Shown here piece by piece: positions 1-10,419 of a stretch of 43,286 nt of DNA. Under the pieces are notes generated by a model that ran no database searches, was not told where the DNA came from, and saw nothing but the letters and a program-made list of their open reading frames with translations. Positions within the stretch are counted from its first letter, which is position 1. Each line of letters starts with the position of its first letter. A program made the position numbers and the translations under genes. The DNA comes from Gammaproteobacteria bacterium (GTDB taxonomy: Bacteria; Pseudomonadota; Gammaproteobacteria; SZUA-152), in the NCBI GenBank assembly GCA_013151575.1, contig JAADHZ010000073.1:1-43286 (forward strand), given 5' to 3'.

Positions 1-446
1 AACGACACCTCACTACCATGTTCCGGGTGTTGCCTGGACAGCGATTTAGCATAATCCAGCAGGATGTTCAGCGCCCCCAAATCCGGGCTCAAAAAACGCA
101 CTGCCAGACCATCGCCCTGCCTGCGTACCACCTGGGCGGAAAAATTCAACACATTGTCCACGCCGACGGACTGCGCCGAACATTCGATATCGATAATGTC
201 CCCCCTGCCCGGCTTCTCCGGGCACGCACCGCCGACATTCTTCGTCACATCGTATTCCAGCGCCAGCGACATGCCACCGACGCAAAAATCCCGCACCGCG
301 CAACGCCAGCCCGTCGTCCCCCGAAAACTCAGCCGAGCCTCAAGACCGAGGGCATAACGCTCGTGGGCTCGGCGCTCTCTTCCACTCGGCTCGTGGCTCT
401 GAGGCGGGGCATCCACAGATCTATTTTTTTTCTTGTTTAAATCCAT
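1..446 (-). CDS. PilZ-domain protein, N-terminal part (runs off window start)
   Basis: Not in ORF track. Manual translation from ATG 446 (GGAG just upstream): MDLNKKKN...ERRAHERYALGLEARL...VRDFCVGGMSL...AQVVRRQGDGLAVRF. Has PilZ RxxxR and D-x-(S/C)-x-x-G motifs; frame open to the window edge. Confidence 0.8.
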   Translation of the reverse strand, partial: MDLNKKKNRSVDAPPQSHEPSGRERRAHERYALGLEARLSFRGTTGWRCAVRDFCVGGMSLALEYDVTKNVGGACPEKPGRGDIIDIECSAQSVGVDNVLNFSAQVVRRQGDGLAVRFLSPDLGALNILLDYAKSLSRQHPEHGSEVS

Positions 447-859
447 TTTCTCCGTAAACACAATCGGTTATCGATATCGCCAGTGGTCTCGTACATTCCC
501 TCTTCTATTATCGGCAATACAGGGGAAATTCTTGACCGAACCTACTGTCCGAAAAATGCCAACGTCGGCAATTTGGCGATTTCCACCTGAAACGACTGCT
601 CCACCAGTTAACGCCGGTGACTTCAGGGTACGGTTAAAAACCAGATTGATCTGGCCGTGCGGCCGATTGTTCTCTCGCCCAGAATCGGGGGAAAACCGAA
701 GTGAAGGGTGCACGAGTCCACCTCAGAGCCATTCACTCCTCAAGAAAAGAGGACGTGACGCAACTCTGCCACCCACAGACGTAGGATTTAAAATCCGACG
801 CCCGTTAATTAATTTATGCTAATATAATAATATTCTAAATAAGAAAGGGAGACACCATC

Positions 860-1063
860 ATGCGCATCGACAATGTTGTCCTGGCCTTCGCTGGCATCGT
901 CATCCTTGCCAGTCTGGCGCTGTCCTATCTGCATTCCACCAATTGGCTGTGGCTGTCGGCCTTCGTGGGCGCCAACCTGTTGCAGGCCGCCTTCACCGGA
1001 TTTTGCCCACTGGCAAAATTCCTGAAAGCGATCGGCGTCAAACCGGGGCAAGCCTTTAACTGA
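860..1063 (+). CDS. DUF2892 / YgaP-like small membrane protein
   Basis: Two hydrophobic helices, [15 protein letters not shown] motif, GGGAG RBS. Confidence 0.85.
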   Translation: MRIDNVVLAFAGIVILASLALSYLHSTNWLWLSAFVGANLLQAAFTGFCPLAKFLKAIGVKPGQAFN

Positions 1064-1068
1064 GACGG

Positions 1069-1104
1069 CCCCCTGAACACTGACATAGGCCGGTGTTCAG
1101 GGGG
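1069..1104 (+). terminator. Stem-loop after DUF2892 gene
   Basis: CCCCCTGAACAC ... GTGTTCAGGGGG 12-bp perfect stem just after the stop; weak U-tract. Confidence 0.55.
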
Positions 1105-1129
1105 TACTTCTGGATTCCGGCGCACCCAA

Positions 1130-1330
1130 AGGGACGGAACACAATAACTCATACAATTAACATCCCTGCTTCAGCCCGTCCTCGCCTAAAGCACCTACTT
1201 TTGGCGCCCGTTCTTCAATCGTAAAAGCTCGAAATAAGAACGACTATTCCTGCACTTTTACTCAATCAGAACGAACAAATACGGACTAAATCAGAGCGCC
1301 ACTTATCATAAGTTATTGTGTTTCGCTCCT
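1130..1330. mobile_element. MITE-like element A (~200 bp)
   Basis: Terminal inverted repeats AGGGACGGAACACAATAACTCAT / revcomp AGGAGCGAAACACAATAACTTAT (19/23); internal imperfect hairpins; no credible ORF. Confidence 0.6.
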
Positions 1331-1373
1331 AAAGTAGGTTATTGAGTTTGGCCGACTAAGGCTTGGATGTAGA

Positions 1374-1580
1374 CTAGGCCTTCGTGACGATGCTGCATGT
1401 CTCGCTTGCCGCATCGAATACAATAACCGCCTCGCCACGATCCAGCAAAGCGATCACCTGTTGGACTTTGCTCTCCAACGAAATTTCAAAGGCACCATAG
1501 TCCGTGCCTTCGCGCAGAATAAATTCTTCAACTACGGCGCCAAGAGCTTCTGACGATAGCTGCGTATGTGGTATTTCCAT
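1374..1580 (-). CDS. yheU: YheU (UPF0270) family protein
   Basis: MEIPHTQLS..AL..VVEEFILREGTDYG...GEAVIVFD..SETC signature; ATG 1580 preferred over TTG 1589. Confidence 0.85.
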   Translation of the reverse strand: MEIPHTQLSSEALGAVVEEFILREGTDYGAFEISLESKVQQVIALLDRGEAVIVFDAASETCSIVTKA

Positions 1581-1668
1581 GTCAGCCAAGGGTTAAAAAT
1601 TGAATCGTATCAAAAAAACGAACGTCGACAAACGGCTATGAACGGACTTTTACTCGTGCTTGTACGTA

Positions 1669-1836
1669 AGGAGTACATTGATTGGGCGACATAGGCGAGT
1701 GACTATTGAGCCGAGACAAGGCGGGCATTGTGAAAAAACCGCAGGCATATGCTGATACATTGAGGATTTTTTCACACCGCCCAATGAAGGCGCGGGCCAA
1801 TAGGTGCCGGTTATGTCGTCTAACCAATGTACTCCT
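1669..1836. mobile_element. MITE-like palindromic element B (168 bp) with TA duplication
   Basis: 25-bp TIRs AGGAGTACATTGATTGGGCGACATA / AGGAGTACATTGGTTAGACGACATA (22/25); TA at 1667-1668 and 1837-1838; whole element is an imperfect palindrome. Confidence 0.8.
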
Positions 1837-1936
1837 TAGTAAGTATGGGGCATCGTTGTGCACCCCATCAGTGGCAACAACTTCATCACCGGTTAAGGAA
1901 CGGAACATTCCCATCAATATAATATGGTTATATGTA

Positions 1937-4900
1937 CTAGTACTCCACCCGCACCTGCCCCTTACCTGCGAGTTCATCAAGACGGCGAATGAGTTCGTCG
2001 GTGGGCCGCACACGCCAATCCTTGCCTAACTGAATTTGAGCATGGGCATCGGGGCATTGATAGTTGAGTTGCACGGGGCAATGGCCTTCGCGGAATGGCG
2101 TTAATACCTGGGCCAGTTCGTTGATGAAGCCGTTGGCGGCGTTGCGTTGATCTACCGATAACACCAGTCGCTTGGCGAAGGCTTCGCGGGCGTGGTCGAT
2201 ATCGTAAATCCGGTTGGCGCTCATTTTCATGTCGCCGGAGTATTCGTCAATGCTAACTTCACCTTCCACCACCAGCAGCCGGTCCTTGGCGAGTAAATCA
2301 CGGTAGTGATTGTAGGCTTCGGAAAACACTGCCAGTTCCAGTCGGCCGGTGCGGTCGTCGAGGGTGATAAAAGCGATGCGCTCACCGCGCTTGGTGTTCA
2401 TGGTGCGCATGGCCACCACCAACCCGGCCACGGTGATGGTCTGGTTTTTTTTGGGGCTGAGGTTGACTATGCGGGTGGAAACGAATTGGCTAATTTCGTG
2501 TTCGTAGCGGTCGATGGGGTGGCCGGTGAGGTACAGGCCAAGGGTGTCTTTTTCACCGCCTAGGCGAGTTTCATCATCCCAATCGCGGGCCTCAACGAAT
2601 TGTCCGGCGGGTTCTTCAGACGGTTCACCATCCATCGGCTGGGCGACACCAAACATGTCATTCTGACCACTGGCTTCGTTTTTATGGTGCTGCTCGGCGC
2701 GCTGCACGGCGGATTCCAGCGTGGCCATCAAGGTGGCGCGGTCGGCATGCGCCATCCCTGGCGTACGTCCTTCAGGCGCACCGTGTGCGTCCTGTTTCTC
2801 TTCCGGAGAAACGGTGGGGCCTAACGCGTCCATAGCCCCGGCACGGATCAGCGCGTCAAGGGTGCGCTTGTTGGCCTTTTTCAGGTCGATGCGCTGGCAA
2901 AAATCGAACAGGTCACGGAATGGGCCGTCGGCTTCACGGCTGTTGATGATACCTTCAATGGCCCCCTCGCCCACGCCCTTAATAGCGCCGAGGCCGTAGA
3001 ACACGGTGCTGTCATTTTTTACGGTAAATTTGTAGACGCAGGCGTTAACGTCGGGGGACACCACATCCAGCTTCATGTGGCGACACTCTTCAATCAAGGT
3101 CACCACTTTGTCGGTATTGTCCATGTCGGCGGACATCACCGCTGCCATAAACGCCGCCGGGTAGTGAGCTTTTAGCCACGCGGTCTGATAGGAGACCAGC
3201 GCATAGGCGGCAGAGTGGGATTTGTTGAAACCGTAACCGGCGAACTTTTCCATCAGATCAAAAATATACGTCGCGGTCTTTTCTGCCACGCCTCGTTCCA
3301 GCGCGCCTTTGGTAAACAACTCGCGCTGCTTGGCCATTTCCTCCGGTTTCTTCTTGCCCATGGCGCGGCGCAGCATATCGGCGCCACCGAGGGTGTAACC
3401 TGCCAGCACCTGGGCGATTTGCATCACTTGTTCCTGATACAGAATGACGCCGTAAGTAGGTTCCAATATGGATTTGATGTCAGGGTGCGGGTACTGCGCC
3501 GCCTTCTTTTTGTGCTTGACGTTGATGAAGTCATCCACCATGCCCGAACCCAATGGGCCGGGGCGAAACAACGCCACCAGCGCAACGATTTCTTCGAAGG
3601 CATCCGGTTGCAGGCGTTTGATGAGGTCCTTCATGCCGCGGGATTCCAGCTGGAACACGGCAGTGGTCCGGCAGGCCTTGAGCAAGGTGTAGGTAGGCGC
3701 ATCATCCAGCGGGATGGTTTCGATATCCGGGCGCGCTTCGCGGCCTAACTGGCCTTCAATATTGTCCAACGCCCAGTCGATGATGGTCAGCGTACGCAGG
3801 CCAAGAAAGTCGAATTTCACCAGGCCCACAGCCTCGACGTCATCTTTGTCGAACTGGCTCACCACATTTTCGCCGCCTTCTTCGCAGTACAGCGGGCAAA
3901 AATCGGTAAGTCGAGTGGGGGCGATGACCACACCACCGGCATGTTTTCCGGCGTTGCGCTTGAGACCTTCCAGCGACTTGGCCATTTTGATCAGGTCGGC
4001 GACGTTTTCATCCTGGGCGATGAGTTCGGCCAGCGGCTCTTCCTGGGCGATGGCCTGGTCGAGGGTGATGCCCACCTCGAAGGGGATCATTTTCGAAATG
4101 CGATCCACGAAACCGTAGGGGTGACCCATAACGCGACCCACATCGCGCACCACGGCCTTGGCGGCCATGGAACCGTAGGTGATGATTTGCGAGACTTTTT
4201 CGCGGCCGTAATGCCGAGCCACGTAGTCGATCACCCGATCGCGGCCTTCCATGCAAAAGTCCACGTCAAAATCGGGCATGGACACCCGTTCGGGATTCAG
4301 GAATCGCTCGAACAACAGATCATATTTCAGCGGGTCGAGATCGGTGATGGTGAGCGCATAGGCCACCAGCGAGCCCGCGCCGGAACCACGTCCGGGGCCC
4401 ACTGGCACACCGTTGTTTTTCGCCCACCGGATGAAATCTGCGACGATCAGGAAGTAACCGGGAAAACCCATCTCGATAATAACGTCCAGCTCAGTTTCCA
4501 GACGTTCGTCGTAGGGTTTACGCCGGTCGGCGAAATCTGGGGCGCTACGGTCGAGCAGTTTGTCGAGCCGTGCCTCTAAGCCCTTGCGAGATTCCTGCCG
4601 AAAATATTCGGCTTCCGTCAATCCGTCGGGAATCGGAAAATCAGGCAGGAAATTCTTGCCCAGGGTCAGTTCAACATTACAGCGCTTGGCAATTTCCACC
4701 GTATTTTCCAGCGCCTCGGGAATATCGCTGAACAGCTCGGCCATTTCCTCGGGCGAGCGCAGGTATTGCTGCTCGGTGTAATTTTTGGGGCGACGCGGGT
4801 CGTCAAGGGTGCGGCCGTCGTGGATGCAGACTCGGGTCTCGTGGGCATCGAAATCCCCGGCGCTGAGAAAACGCACATCGTTGGTGGCCACCACCGGCAG

Positions 4901-5476
4901 GTCCGTGGCCTGTGCCAAGGCCACGGCGGCGTGCAGGTAGTCTTCCTCGTCCGGGCGGCCAGTGCGTTGCAGCTCCAGGTAATACCGGTCGGGAAACAGA
5001 TGTTTCCAGCGCGACAAGCACAGATAAACCCGTTCCTGGTCACCGGCCAACAGGGCCCGACCCACGTCGCCTTCACGGGCGCCGGAGAGCGCAATCAACC
5101 CCCCGCTGGCGCCCTCCAGCCACTGCGGCTGCAAAATAGGAATGCCTCGTTGCTGGCCTTCGGTGTAACCGCGTGACACCAGCTGGGTGAGGTTGCGATA
5201 CCCCTCGTTGGTCTGGCACAGCAAGGTGAAACGTGACGGGTTGGCAGGGTCGTCTTCGTTAGCCAGCCACACATCGACGCCAATGAGGGGTTTGATGCCG
5301 CTGGCAATGGTAGCCCGGTAAAACTTCACCATCGCAAACAGGTTGCTCTGATCAGTCACGGCGCAGGCGGGCATGCCCTTGGCCACCAGCTCACCGGTCA
5401 GGGGCTTAATGCGAACCAGACCGTCCACCAACGAATATTCCGTGTGCAGACGCAGGTGAATGAAGCTAGAATTCAT
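1937..5476 (-). CDS. dnaE: DNA polymerase III alpha subunit
   Basis: [15 protein letters not shown] (PHP), [28 protein letters not shown]-terminal OB fold; start at MNSSF. Confidence 0.98.
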   Translation of the reverse strand: MNSSFIHLRLHTEYSLVDGLVRIKPLTGELVAKGMPACAVTDQSNLFAMVKFYRATIASGIKPLIGVDVWLANEDDPANPSRFTLLCQTNEGYRNLTQLVSRGYTEGQQRGIPILQPQWLEGASGGLIALSGAREGDVGRALLAGDQERVYLCLSRWKHLFPDRYYLELQRTGRPDEEDYLHAAVALAQATDLPVVATNDVRFLSAGDFDAHETRVCIHDGRTLDDPRRPKNYTEQQYLRSPEEMAELFSDIPEALENTVEIAKRCNVELTLGKNFLPDFPIPDGLTEAEYFRQESRKGLEARLDKLLDRSAPDFADRRKPYDERLETELDVIIEMGFPGYFLIVADFIRWAKNNGVPVGPGRGSGAGSLVAYALTITDLDPLKYDLLFERFLNPERVSMPDFDVDFCMEGRDRVIDYVARHYGREKVSQIITYGSMAAKAVVRDVGRVMGHPYGFVDRISKMIPFEVGITLDQAIAQEEPLAELIAQDENVADLIKMAKSLEGLKRNAGKHAGGVVIAPTRLTDFCPLYCEEGGENVVSQFDKDDVEAVGLVKFDFLGLRTLTIIDWALDNIEGQLGREARPDIETIPLDDAPTYTLLKACRTTAVFQLESRGMKDLIKRLQPDAFEEIVALVALFRPGPLGSGMVDDFINVKHKKKAAQYPHPDIKSILEPTYGVILYQEQVMQIAQVLAGYTLGGADMLRRAMGKKKPEEMAKQRELFTKGALERGVAEKTATYIFDLMEKFAGYGFNKSHSAAYALVSYQTAWLKAHYPAAFMAAVMSADMDNTDKVVTLIEECRHMKLDVVSPDVNACVYKFTVKNDSTVFYGLGAIKGVGEGAIEGIINSREADGPFRDLFDFCQRIDLKKANKRTLDALIRAGAMDALGPTVSPEEKQDAHGAPEGRTPGMAHADRATLMATLESAVQRAEQHHKNEASGQNDMFGVAQPMDGEPSEEPAGQFVEARDWDDETRLGGEKDTLGLYLTGHPIDRYEHEISQFVSTRIVNLSPKKNQTITVAGLVVAMRTMNTKRGERIAFITLDDRTGRLELAVFSEAYNHYRDLLAKDRLLVVEGEVSIDEYSGDMKMSANRIYDIDHAREAFAKRLVLSVDQRNAANGFINELAQVLTPFREGHCPVQLNYQCPDAHAQIQLGKDWRVRPTDELIRRLDELAGKGQVRVEY
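2747..2814. repeat. In-frame multi-hairpin insertion inside dnaE
   Basis: Consecutive stems TGCGCCA-tccc-TGGCGTA, GCGCAC-cgt-GTGCGT and CTGTTTCTC-ttccg-GAGAAACGG; encodes the extra peptide [23 protein letters not shown]. Confidence 0.6.
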
Positions 5477-5554
5477 CGGGCAATTCTCCGGTGTCGGAGT
5501 CCAAGTTTCAAGACTTGACATACGTCAGCAACTCTCCGAAAGAGATTTGAATCC

Positions 5555-5920
5555 ATGAAAAAAATGTACCTGTGGCTTTTTCTGACAACGCTTCATCTGC
5601 CATTCAGCTTCGCGCACACAGCCCCGACAATATCCACGGGAATTGAGCAACCTGCTCCCCCGTCGATGGCGACGGCCATTGAAATGGCCAGACAGCTGCT
5701 GGCCGAACAAAACCATCTTGCGGCTAAAAGTTTACGAAAAATTTCAGCGAATGCAGTGCAGTGGCCCAATAGCAGCCTCGGCTGCCCCCGGCCCGGTATG
5801 ATGTATACGCAGGTGCTGACGCCAGGCTACCGGGTCACCCTGATGGATTCATTCACAGGCAAAGAGTATGTGGTACATGTCGGCCCCGGGCGGGCGTTGG
5901 TATGTGACGAACGAGAATAA
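5555..5920 (+). CDS. Secreted hypothetical protein (WPxxSLGCP...YTQVLTPGYRV type)
   Basis: N-terminal signal peptide; VQWPNSSLGCPRPGMMYTQVLTPGYRV resembles a widespread uncharacterised small exported domain; divergent from dnaE. Confidence 0.7.
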   Translation: MKKMYLWLFLTTLHLPFSFAHTAPTISTGIEQPAPPSMATAIEMARQLLAEQNHLAAKSLRKISANAVQWPNSSLGCPRPGMMYTQVLTPGYRVTLMDSFTGKEYVVHVGPGRALVCDERE

Positions 5921-5959
5921 TCCGTTGTGCTTGCGCACCGGGGGCAGATGTAAAACAGT

Positions 5960-6030
5960 GAACAACACCGCAAATCAGATGCCAAATGGAGCGCCTCAAA
6001 ATGAGGGACGACTGTATTTGCTTGTTATAC
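5960..6030 (-). mobile_element. attC-like site (integron cassette recombination site), slightly degenerate
   Basis: Minus strand, 2 nt after the lipoprotein stop: GTATAAC aag CAAATACAG ... CTGATTTG cggt GTTGTTC. The L''/L' boxes pair with one bulged base. Confidence 0.65.
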
Positions 6031-6032
6031 TT

Positions 6033-6440
6033 TTACTCTATGTATTTGATAAATATCTCACCTGTATCTACCGTTTTCAAATGTCTACCAAATGAGCTGT
6101 GATCAAAATGAGATTCATACTCCATTATCACGCCATCCCTTTTGATTTCCTTTAATTTGTAGATTTTCCGAGAATGACGATAAGGAATACCAGTTAACTT
6201 GTCTCCTATTTTCAATTCGACACTTGTCTCACTAGTAATTTGACCGTCTGTTTTTAGTATAATTATCTGATCATTTATTTTTTTTAATACCTCAATATGT
6301 TCACCAAAATGGTTCTTAAACCATTCTTTTTCTTCATTGATTGTTTTTTTAATTGGGGAAGATTCCAATCTATTACATCCCCAAAAAAAAAACAAAATAG
6401 AAAAAAATGCGATTGCAAAAACACTTTTATTATTCATCAT
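6033..6440 (-). CDS. AT-rich hypothetical lipoprotein (putative gene cassette)
   Basis: MMNNKSVFAIAFFSILFFFWGC lipobox-like N-terminus; markedly lower GC than flanks; followed by an attC-like site. Confidence 0.7.
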   Translation of the reverse strand: MMNNKSVFAIAFFSILFFFWGCNRLESSPIKKTINEEKEWFKNHFGEHIEVLKKINDQIIILKTDGQITSETSVELKIGDKLTGIPYRHSRKIYKLKEIKRDGVIMEYESHFDHSSFGRHLKTVDTGEIFIKYIE

Positions 6441-6471
6441 TTTTTGAGTGTAGCCGTGTATTTGTCGCTTT

Positions 6472-7110
6472 TTAAGGCAGGTCCGCCATGCGATAGGTGG
6501 GGGCAATTTTTTCGGGGTCATCAATAGTGATGCCAAGGTCATTGATCAGCCCGTCCCGCAGGCCGTATACCCAGCCGTGCACGGCTAGCGGCTGCCCACG
6601 CAGCCAGGCATTTTGCACGATGGTGGTGTAGCACACGTTCGCGACCTGTTCGACGACGTTTAACTCACAGACCCGCTCCCGGCGGTGAGCTACGTCGTCG
6701 ATGCCGTCCACATCGAGCTGGTGTTTATAGTACACATCCTTGATATGCCGCAACCAATTGTCGATTAACCCATGCTGGCGATTTTCCATCGCCGCCTGCA
6801 CGCCGCCGCAGCCATAATGGCCACAGACGATGATGTGTTTGACCTTTAATATTTCCACCGCGTAGTGGATCACCGACAGACAATTCATGTCCGTGTGTAC
6901 CACCACATTGCCCACGTTGCGGTGTACGAACACCTCGCCGGGATCGAGGCCGATAATCTCGTTGGCTGGCACCCGGCTGTCCGCGCAGCCGATCCACAGA
7001 TAGTCGGGATTTTGCTGTGTGGACAGGCGTTGAAAATAATGTGGGTCGTCGGCTGTCTGACCGCTGGCCCAGCGCATGTTGTTTTCGAGCAGGTGTTGAA
7101 GTGGATGCAT
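6472..7110 (-). CDS. can: Beta-class carbonic anhydrase
   Basis: WIGCADSRVP, GEVFVHRNVGN and HIIVCGHYGCGG zinc motifs. Confidence 0.95.
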   Translation of the reverse strand: MHPLQHLLENNMRWASGQTADDPHYFQRLSTQQNPDYLWIGCADSRVPANEIIGLDPGEVFVHRNVGNVVVHTDMNCLSVIHYAVEILKVKHIIVCGHYGCGGVQAAMENRQHGLIDNWLRHIKDVYYKHQLDVDGIDDVAHRRERVCELNVVEQVANVCYTTIVQNAWLRGQPLAVHGWVYGLRDGLINDLGITIDDPEKIAPTYRMADLP

Positions 7111-7167
7111 GGTGTATTCGTCGCTTGCCTTTGGAAAGTAAGAAAAAATCGCCGCGCAGTCTGCGCC

Positions 7168-7779
7168 CTACCCCGTGGCATTTTCCAGCAATCGACGCAC
7201 CGGTGCAAAGCTGCGTCGATGGATGGGGGTAACCCCCAGCTCGACCAGCGCCGCGATGTGGGCCTTGGTGGGATAGCCTTTGTGTCTGGCCAGACCGTAA
7301 CCAGGGTAGTTTTTATCCAGCACCACCATCTCCCGGTCCCGCGCCACTTTAGCGATGATGGAGGCCGCGCTGATGGCAGGCACGCTGCCGTCGCCCTTGA
7401 TGATGGCCTCCGCGCTGCACGGCAGCTGCGGGCAGCGATTACCGTCCACCAGCACATGATTCGGCGCAATGCTCAGCCCAGCCACGGCTCGCTGCATGGC
7501 CAGCAGGGTGGCTTGCAGGATGTTCAGCTCGTCGATTTCTTCCACTTCGGCGCGTCCCAGCGACCAGGACAGGGCCGACTGTTTGATGATCGAAGCCAGG
7601 GATTCACGCCGTGCCTCTGACAGTTTTTTGCTGTCCGCCAAGCCGATGATGGGCCGACTGGGGTCCAGTATCACCGCGGCGGTGACCACTGGCCCGGCCA
7701 GCGGACCCCGTCCGACTTCGTCCACGCCGGCAACCAATGCCTGCGAGGCTGAAGGGCTGGGTTTGACTGGTTTATTCAT
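7168..7779 (-). CDS. rnhB: Ribonuclease HII
   Basis: [44 protein letters not shown]; start overlaps the lpxB stop. Confidence 0.97.
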   Translation of the reverse strand: MNKPVKPSPSASQALVAGVDEVGRGPLAGPVVTAAVILDPSRPIIGLADSKKLSEARRESLASIIKQSALSWSLGRAEVEEIDELNILQATLLAMQRAVAGLSIAPNHVLVDGNRCPQLPCSAEAIIKGDGSVPAISAASIIAKVARDREMVVLDKNYPGYGLARHKGYPTKAHIAALVELGVTPIHRRSFAPVRRLLENATG

Positions 7780-8929
7780 GGGTATTTTTTTCCAGCAGGG
7801 CCAGTACGGCGTCCGCCGCCTGCTCGCTGGCGCCCAGGCGCAGTTGGCGATGAATCTCGTCGAAACGGCGGTGCACCTGCTCGGCGACCTCAGGGTTTTG
7901 CAGAAATTCCAGCACAGCAGCGCCCAGTTTTTCCGGGCTCGCATCGTGCTGAATGAGTTCCGGCACCAACGTTTCTCCTGCCAGCAGATTGGGCAGAGAG
8001 TAGTTGCTCACCCGCACCAGGCGTTTGACTAGCCAATAGCTCAGCGTGGCCAGACGGTAAGCTACCACCATCGGACGCTTGAGCAGCATGGCTTCCAGTG
8101 CGGCGGTGCCGGAGGCCAGTAACACTGCGTTGGCGGCGGCCATCACCTCTCGTGATTGCCCATCCACCAGCCGCAACTCAGGCGCATTGTCGATACGAGC
8201 CAGGGCCGCCTCGAACTGCTGGCGTCGCGCCGCATTGGCCAACGGCACCACCACCACCAACCCGGGCCGCCGCTCCCGCAACCAGCGCACGGTGTCGATG
8301 AACGTGTCGGCCAGATACTTCAGCTCGTTGGAACGGCTGCCGGGTAGTAGCGCCAGTATCTCGGCCTCCGCCGGCAACGACAAAGCCTGCCGGGCAGCGA
8401 TACGGTCCACCGTCAGAGGAATGCTGTCCGCCAGCGGGTGGCCCACGAAACGCACGGGGACATGGTGGCGCTGGTAGATGTCATTTTCGAACGGAAACAG
8501 GGTCAGCATCAGGTCGGTGGAACGGGCGATTTTTTTCACCCGGCCCTGTCGCCAGGCCCACACGGAGGGGCTCACGTAGTGCACCGTTTTGATGCCGACA
8601 TCCCGCAGCTGACGTTCCAGACCGAGAGTGAAATCCGGCGCGTCGATGCCAATGAAAACATCGGGAGGGTTATCTTTGAAGTGCTCCACCAACTGGCGAC
8701 GAATACCCAGCAATTCGCGATAACGCCCCAATACCTCGACAATGCCCATCACCGACAATCGGTCCATGGCAAACAAGGAACGAGCACCGGCTGCGATCAT
8801 TTCAGGGCCAGCGATGCCTTCGATCTGAGCCGTGGGATAGCGCTGGCGAATGGCATTGATGAGCCCAGCTCCCAGCAAATCGCCAGACGCCTCGCCCGCC
8901 ACGATGCCGATGCGCAGTGGCCCACCCAT
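7772..8929 (-). CDS. lpxB: Lipid-A-disaccharide synthase
   Basis: [46 protein letters not shown]. Confidence 0.97.
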   Translation of the reverse strand: MGGPLRIGIVAGEASGDLLGAGLINAIRQRYPTAQIEGIAGPEMIAAGARSLFAMDRLSVMGIVEVLGRYRELLGIRRQLVEHFKDNPPDVFIGIDAPDFTLGLERQLRDVGIKTVHYVSPSVWAWRQGRVKKIARSTDLMLTLFPFENDIYQRHHVPVRFVGHPLADSIPLTVDRIAARQALSLPAEAEILALLPGSRSNELKYLADTFIDTVRWLRERRPGLVVVVPLANAARRQQFEAALARIDNAPELRLVDGQSREVMAAANAVLLASGTAALEAMLLKRPMVVAYRLATLSYWLVKRLVRVSNYSLPNLLAGETLVPELIQHDASPEKLGAAVLEFLQNPEVAEQVHRRFDEIHRQLRLGASEQAADAVLALLEKNTHE

Positions 8930-8933
8930 GCGA

Positions 8934-9704
8934 CTAACGGATAATCCCTCTGCCGGACGCGCCGATGAACGCCAGCATCTGTGCCACTTCGGCGCTGTCC
9001 TGCGCCATGGCATTGAGTTTTTCCGAAGCTTGCTCCAGGGTAAGGCCTGAGCGATAGATCGTCTTGTAGGCCTTGCGTAGGGTGCTGAGGGTTTCGCGGT
9101 TGAATCCGCGCCGTTTGAGGCCTTCGCTGTTGAGCCCGTGGGGTTTAGCCATGTGGCCGGAGACCATGAGAAACGGTGGCACATCTTTGGAGATCACGCT
9201 GTTCATGGCCGTGAAGCTGTGCTCGCCAATTTTGCAAAACTGGTGCACTAGGGTAAAACCGCCGAGGATCACGCGGTCTTCCAGGGTGACGTGGCCAGCC
9301 AGGGTGGCGCTGTTGGCGAGGATGGTGTCATTGCCGATCCGGCAATCATGGGCGATGTGCACGTAAGCCATGATCCAGTTGTCATTGCCAATCCGTGTCA
9401 GCCCCTCGTCCTGCGTGGTGCCGCGACTGATGGTGCAGTACTCGCGGATCACATTGCGATCGCCGATTTCCAAGTGAGTCGGCTCATCGGCGTATTTTTT
9501 ATCCTGTGGGTCACCGCCCACGGAGGCAAAGGAATAAATTTTGTTGTCGCGGCCGATGCGCGCCGGGCCGTCAATGACCACGTGGGAGGCAATCACCGTA
9601 TCTGCCCCAATATCCACATTGGCCCCGATAACGGAAAACGGCCCCACGCTCACGCCATCGGCGAGTTTGGCGGAAGGATCAACAATGGCCTGAGGGTGAA
9701 TCAA
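8934..9704 (-). CDS. lpxA: UDP-N-acetylglucosamine acyltransferase
   Basis: Hexapeptide repeats, GGDPQDKKY, HIAHDC, LNSEGLKRRGF. Confidence 0.97.
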   Translation of the reverse strand: MIHPQAIVDPSAKLADGVSVGPFSVIGANVDIGADTVIASHVVIDGPARIGRDNKIYSFASVGGDPQDKKYADEPTHLEIGDRNVIREYCTISRGTTQDEGLTRIGNDNWIMAYVHIAHDCRIGNDTILANSATLAGHVTLEDRVILGGFTLVHQFCKIGEHSFTAMNSVISKDVPPFLMVSGHMAKPHGLNSEGLKRRGFNRETLSTLRKAYKTIYRSGLTLEQASEKLNAMAQDSAEVAQMLAFIGASGRGIIR

Positions 9705-9779
9705 TACGTGGATACCTCGACAAAATGGGCGTTCATGCTGACGCCAACGCGTAATACCGGAGAACCGTTGCGACCTGCG

Positions 9780-10253
9780 CTAGATGTTGACGCCACGCTC
9801 CGCACACATTAATTCGGCAGAACAGACGACTTTGTCATCCACCTTGGCGACGCCGTTAAACTTCCAAACACCGCGTTTCGATTTAATCACATCGACTTCA
9901 AGCACCAGTTGGTCACCGGGCACAACGGGCTGTTTAAAGCGCGCTTTGTCTATCCCCACGAGGTAGTACAACGAGTCATTGTCCGGCACTTTTCCGCTAG
10001 TGCGGAATGCCAGGATGCCCGTGGCCTGCGCCAGGGCTTCGAGAATCAACACCCCGGGCATCACCGGGCGATGCGGAAAATGCCCTTGAAAATAAGGCTC
10101 GTTGTAGGTGACGTTTTTGATCCCCACCAAACGCTCGCCCACATTGCATTCAAGCACGCGATCAATCAGCAAAAATGGGTAGCGGTGCGGCAGGTGTTCG
10201 AGAACTTCAAAGATATCAAGTGTATCTAACTGTGTATCCAAAATTGATCTCAT
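9780..10253 (-). CDS. fabZ: 3-hydroxyacyl-ACP dehydratase
   Basis: [32 protein letters not shown]. Confidence 0.97.
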   Translation of the reverse strand: MRSILDTQLDTLDIFEVLEHLPHRYPFLLIDRVLECNVGERLVGIKNVTYNEPYFQGHFPHRPVMPGVLILEALAQATGILAFRTSGKVPDNDSLYYLVGIDKARFKQPVVPGDQLVLEVDVIKSKRGVWKFNGVAKVDDKVVCSAELMCAERGVNI

Positions 10254-10419
10254 TTATTTTGTGTGGTTTTGAAAATCGGCCCGAACCCATGTATCGACCA
10301 CATACATCTCAAAAAGTGCGGACAACCGGCCGGGCATTTCCCGCCCCCTTGGAATCTTCAGCGAGGGTAATCCCTTAGGATCGTTATTTTTGTGCATCCA
10401 GCGGTGTTGAACCGCCTTC

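Noticed and set aside
18-822. Plus-strand ORFs 18-440, 64-357 and 433-822
   Set aside because: Shadows of the minus-strand PilZ gene or intergenic DNA; no recognisable motifs.
1340-1640. yheU as a fourth integron cassette
   Set aside because: Sequence after the stop (GCCTAGTCTACATCCAAGCC) only faintly resembles an attC arm; no pairing right arm or upstream core.
1636-2029. ORFs 1636-2013 and 1706-2029
   Set aside because: They run through MITE B and the dnaE end; spurious.
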